Below are positions 60,273 through 64,000 of a DNA stretch of 64,000 nt, piece by piece. Where the stretch lies: NCBI GenBank assembly GCA_964434225.1, contig CAYSUM010000001.1, positions 36,488-100,487 on the forward strand. Reading direction: 5' to 3'. Source of the DNA: an uncultured Rhizobium sp. GTDB taxonomy: Bacteria > Pseudomonadota > Alphaproteobacteria > Rickettsiales > UBA1997. A program made the position numbers and the translations under genes. The notes beneath the pieces were generated by a model. The model did not search any database and had not been told where the DNA came from. It worked only from the letters and a program-made list of their open reading frames with translations. Numbering within the stretch: the stretch's first letter is position 1; each line of letters starts with the position of its first letter.

Positions 60273-61082
60273 TTAGAGCTTCATCTCATTCAAAAACTCG
60301 GCAAAATGGGGTTTGGTTTTTGAATTTTTTTCCAGAAATTCCACGAGACTTTTTTTACATTTTGCAAAGGATTCTTTACTCATCGAACCGTTGTGATGTT
60401 GGTAAATCAGATAAAGCAAGTAGGTATTAATCACATCGGTTTCGCAATAATTTCTGATTTCTTGCAACTTTCCTTCATCAAACATTTGCATCACTTGCGA
60501 ACCATCAACACCAATCTTTCCAGGCAATCCAAAAGCTGCGCAAAGTTCATTCATTTTCACTTTCGCTGAAGCGCCGAAATCAGAAAAAGCATCGGCTAAA
60601 TCGCAATGCCAATCGAGAGAATATTTTTGATTATAATTATTCCATTTATCGCCCATTTTATAGAGCCACGCAGCTTCAACTTCGTGCTTCATCGCAGCAT
60701 ATTTAAGAACAGGAAGATCGAAATTTTTGCCGTTAAAACTGACTAACCGTGAAATATTTTTTTTGAGATGGGAAAAAAATCCGCGCACTAAATCGGCTTC
60801 ATTGCTTAGCAAATCACCGCCGGAGCGAATATCTTTAATTTGATAAAATTCTTGTCCGCCAAAATCGCGCACGATTTCTGCTTCCAAAAAACTAATTGAA
60901 ACCACTTGCCAGAACGGTTGGCGCAAAAAAGAATTTTTCCCTTCGGTAATTTTTAAATGATAATTTGTTAAAGCTTCGCGCAGTTCATTTTTATCGTCAC
61001 TCGTCAGATCAAGCAAACGTTTGGCGGCAGCGGTATCGGGAATTGCTTCAATGTCGAAAACAAAGAGATTTTGATGTTGCAT
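60273..61082 (-). CDS. Predicted 3'-5' exonuclease related to the PolB exonuclease domain (RNase H-like fold)
   Basis: FVFDIEAIPD (ExoI-like), SFNGKNFDLPVL and YCETDVINTY follow the DEDD-type motif order. Confidence 0.6.
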   Translation of the reverse strand: MQHQNLFVFDIEAIPDTAAAKRLLDLTSDDKNELREALTNYHLKITEGKNSFLRQPFWQVVSISFLEAEIVRDFGGQEFYQIKDIRSGGDLLSNEADLVRGFFSHLKKNISRLVSFNGKNFDLPVLKYAAMKHEVEAAWLYKMGDKWNNYNQKYSLDWHCDLADAFSDFGASAKVKMNELCAAFGLPGKIGVDGSQVMQMFDEGKLQEIRNYCETDVINTYLLYLIYQHHNGSMSKESFAKCKKSLVEFLEKNSKTKPHFAEFLNEMKL

Positions 61083-61152
61083 TTGAGTTAGTGGTAATTT
61101 GAAATTAAATCAGTCTTTTGCACTTCTCTCAAAACTTCCAAAACACAAAAAA

Positions 61153-62121
61153 ATGCAAGCAATTATTCTGTCTAAAATTGGTGACGCTGGTCATTTAAAG
61201 ATCAAAAAAGTTGATGACCCGCAAGCAAAAAAGAATGAAGTTATAGTTAAACACACCGCCATTGGCGTAAATTTTTTCGATGTCGCCTTCAGAAAAGGTC
61301 AATATAAACTGAATAATTTCCCCGCCATTCTTGGCTCAGAAGCTTGTGGAATTATTGAATCAGTTGGTCCGGGAGTTACAGAATTTAAAGCTGGCGATCG
61401 CGTTGCCTACGCCACAGGTCCCATTGGATCTTACTGCGAAAAAAGAGCCATCAATCAACATCATTTGGTAATTCCTCCCGCAAATTTAACTGATATACAA
61501 GTTGCCGGAACCTTGATGAAAGGCTTAACCGCTCATGCTTTATTACATCGCGTTTATATCGCGACTCGCGCTAAAAAAATTCTTGTTCACGCTGCTGCTG
61601 GCGGCGTTGGTCACATTCTTTGCCAATGGGCAAAATATTTGGGAATTGAAGTGATTGGAACCGTTGGCGACGATAAAAAAATTCCAATCGCACAAGGTTC
61701 GGGCTGCACTCACGTTATCAATTATAAAACCAAAAACTTTGTTGAAGAAGTGGCCAGAATCACCAATAATCAAGGCGTTGGCTTGGTTTATGATTCTGTT
61801 GGAAAAGATACTTTGGAAAAATCTTTAGACTGTTTATGGCCAATGGGAATGTGCGTAACTTTTGGCGAATCTTCTGGCGCCACCGAGAAATTGGATTTGA
61901 ATCACTTAGTTACCAATTCGCTTTATTTAACTCGTCCAACCATGGCGCTTTATAAAGCCAATCGCATCGAATTAACTTTGTCAGCCAGCGAAGTTTTTAT
62001 CGCATTAACGCAGGGAATTATCAGACCGCAAATCACCACTTACGCTTTTAAAGATGTTGCTAAAGCTCACGAAGCTTTAGAAAACAGAACTTCCACCGGC
62101 TCAATTGTTTTAACTGTTTAA
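61153..62121 (+). CDS. qor: NADPH:quinone oxidoreductase (zinc-type ADH/MDR superfamily, Qor-like)
   Basis: Contains GVNFFDV, GSEACGIIESVG, AAGGVGHILCQWAK and a C-terminal GSIVLT. The ATG at 61153 gives MQAIILSK. Confidence 0.8.
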   Translation: MQAIILSKIGDAGHLKIKKVDDPQAKKNEVIVKHTAIGVNFFDVAFRKGQYKLNNFPAILGSEACGIIESVGPGVTEFKAGDRVAYATGPIGSYCEKRAINQHHLVIPPANLTDIQVAGTLMKGLTAHALLHRVYIATRAKKILVHAAAGGVGHILCQWAKYLGIEVIGTVGDDKKIPIAQGSGCTHVINYKTKNFVEEVARITNNQGVGLVYDSVGKDTLEKSLDCLWPMGMCVTFGESSGATEKLDLNHLVTNSLYLTRPTMALYKANRIELTLSASEVFIALTQGIIRPQITTYAFKDVAKAHEALENRTSTGSIVLTV

Positions 62122-63372
62122 TTATTCATAGCGCAAAATCTCGGCCGGATTGGCTTTGCTGGCTTTATAAGCTGGATAAAGTGTCGCAAGGAAAGAAATC
62201 ACCAAAGCCATTCCCACAATTAAAATCACGTCAGATGGGAAAACTTTTGCTGGCAAGGTCGAGAGAAAATAAATCGCTGGATTAAATAAAGTTTGGTCAG
62301 TCATCGATTCAAGCCAAAGCTTGATATTATTGATGTTAGACGAAAAAATCACGCCGATCAAAAATCCTAAGAAAGTTCCAACAAAACCAATTGAAGATCC
62401 GCAAATTAAGAAGATGCGCATAATTCCACCTTTGGTCATGCCAAGAGTACGCAAGAGCGCGATGTTTTTGTTTTTGTCGTTCACCAACATAATCATGCTG
62501 GAAATTATGTTGAAGGCGGCCACCAAAATGATCAAAGTTAAAATCAAAAACATTACCGTGCTTTCAACTTTTAACGCATCGATGAAACCAGCATTTGATT
62601 GCTGCCAATCCACCGCGTAAAGATCGGGATAATTCGGTAAAATGCGGAAAATTTCCTGCTTTACGTCGTCTAATTTAGTTGGATCTTGCACAAAAATTTC
62701 AATGCCCGACGCAGAATCTGGAAAGCGAAAATGCACTTGCGCCATTTCAAAATTTAAAAAAACAGTCGTCGAATCATATTCGTAAAGACCCGATTCAAAA
62801 ACGCCGGCAACTTGGTAAGTTTTAATGCGCGGAATCGCTCCCACAATGGTTTCAGCTGTTTCGGCGGAAATAATTTTTAGCGGATCTCCAACTCTTAAAT
62901 TCATGCTTTGCGCTACAGATGAACCAACTAAAACCGAATTTTTTTCCGACATTTTTTCAATATCGCCGCCCGTAATATTTCCTGAAATTAATTTTTTATT
63001 TTTAAGATCTTCCAATTTTACCGCCTTCACCAATCCCCCAGAATTCTTGGCTCTCGACGATAACATCGCCGGACTTTCCACAATCGGATTTACATATTTC
63101 ACATCGGGAATTTTTTTCACCAAATCGATCAACAGTTGATAATCGTGAATTTGCGAATTGTGGCTATAAATCGTCAAATGCGAATTCACGCCCAAAATTC
63201 GATTCACAAGTTCATAACGAAACCCATTCATCACCGACATCACCACAATCAAAGTGGCCACGCCAATCATAATTCCAACAAAGGAAAATATCGCCGTAAT
63301 CGAAATAAATCCTTCTTTGCGCTTTGATTTTAGGTAACGGAAGGCGATTAGAAATTCGAGTTTTGAGAACAT
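62122..63372 (-). CDS. lolE: Lipoprotein-releasing system permease LolC/LolE family
   Basis: Begins FRYLKSKRKEGFISI, then a periplasmic MacB-like domain and a FtsX C-terminal 3-TM region. The start is set at the ATG at 63372. Confidence 0.85.
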   Translation of the reverse strand: MFSKLEFLIAFRYLKSKRKEGFISITAIFSFVGIMIGVATLIVVMSVMNGFRYELVNRILGVNSHLTIYSHNSQIHDYQLLIDLVKKIPDVKYVNPIVESPAMLSSRAKNSGGLVKAVKLEDLKNKKLISGNITGGDIEKMSEKNSVLVGSSVAQSMNLRVGDPLKIISAETAETIVGAIPRIKTYQVAGVFESGLYEYDSTTVFLNFEMAQVHFRFPDSASGIEIFVQDPTKLDDVKQEIFRILPNYPDLYAVDWQQSNAGFIDALKVESTVMFLILTLIILVAAFNIISSMIMLVNDKNKNIALLRTLGMTKGGIMRIFLICGSSIGFVGTFLGFLIGVIFSSNINNIKLWLESMTDQTLFNPAIYFLSTLPAKVFPSDVILIVGMALVISFLATLYPAYKASKANPAEILRYE

Positions 63373-63419
63373 GGTTAAGATTTTAAGTTTAAGGATTTTA
63401 TTTTTGGTTTTAGCAAAAT

Positions 63420-63980
63420 TTAAGAAAGAGATGGGTAATAGGTATGATGAGTTTTGGACCAAATTTTAGCTAAATAATCTTTTCTAGCAGATTTCATTAA
63501 TTCAATTTCTGAATCATTAAAAAGTTCTTCCATTCCTTTAAAAGCTTCATCTCTGTCTTTGGGAGGTCTTATGTGGTAATTGGTTTTTTGCGAAAAAATT
63601 CCAATTACTTCTGCAGCGCAATTTAGCAATTCATCAACTACTCTGACTAATTCTGAAAAATCATTAAACTCGTTATGCAAAACATTTTTATTCAACTTTG
63701 AAAGACTCTTGGGAACTTCGTTTTCGATAAAAAAGTTTTTTTCACAAAAAAAGTCTTTCTCAAAATTATTACTCAATTTTCGCCACATTGTTTTTAACGA
63801 ATGATCTCCAGAAGTTGTGCTAAAAAGTTGTCTAGCTAGCAATGGTGTCGAATATGTAGCGGAAAGAAAAAAAACCTCAAAAAAATGGCTATTTTTAAAA
63901 AATTCTTCTCTCTCTTTTAGAGCTAAAAAACTTTTGATTAACGACTGAATTTCATAAAGATTTTGAAAAACAAATTCCAT
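63420..63980 (-). CDS. Hypothetical protein, no recognisable family
   Basis: 186-aa ORF close to the window edge. Confidence 0.35.
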   Translation of the reverse strand: MEFVFQNLYEIQSLIKSFLALKEREEFFKNSHFFEVFFLSATYSTPLLARQLFSTTSGDHSLKTMWRKLSNNFEKDFFCEKNFFIENEVPKSLSKLNKNVLHNEFNDFSELVRVVDELLNCAAEVIGIFSQKTNYHIRPPKDRDEAFKGMEELFNDSEIELMKSARKDYLAKIWSKTHHTYYPSLS

Positions 63981-64000
63981 GCCTCTTGGAATATCTTTTC

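Overview
This is an AT-rich, gene-dense chromosomal segment that looks alphaproteobacterial. The markers are 5-aminolevulinate synthase, PDH E1 alpha/beta, an ftsB-pdh linkage, the alpha-type L36, a VirB2 pilin, TlyC/CorC, and Rickettsia-like palindromic repeats, so a Rickettsiales/Holosporales-like lineage is my inference. Most of the window is housekeeping: hemC, rpmJ, nuoD, leuA, mreBC, rnhB, hemA, gatC, murJ, nuoL, rpoD-dnaG, pdhAB, hemH, ybeY, rplM-rpsI, rpiB, trmB, murB, rpmB, tgt, eno and lolE. Genes are often translationally coupled. I found no rRNA, tRNA, CRISPR array, transposase or integrase by eye. Six things stand out. (1) A tightly packed array of five divergent small lipoprotein paralogs (33011-35157) shares a two-cysteine motif pair that I cannot assign to any known family. 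(2) The left 8 kb is mosaic. An apparently 100% identical 369-bp copy of the hemC 3' end, plus a diverged LysR 3' remnant, sits about 7.3 kb from the intact lysR-hemC pair. The two copies bracket an accessory module: formyltransferase, amino-acid permease, orphan histidine kinase, EamA transporter, diaminobutyrate-type aminotransferase and LysR. A second identical 190-bp composite repeat is interleaved with it. (3) A family of roughly 73-bp palindromic elements is scattered in intergenic regions. (4) RpoD carries a roughly 125-aa lysine-rich N-terminal tail. (5) A DUF898-M48 peptidase pair is coupled downstream of rpoD. (6) A DOT1-like methyltransferase is coupled to a Cys-less CsoR-like protein. 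All calls come from reading the supplied translations and sequence. No database search was run.
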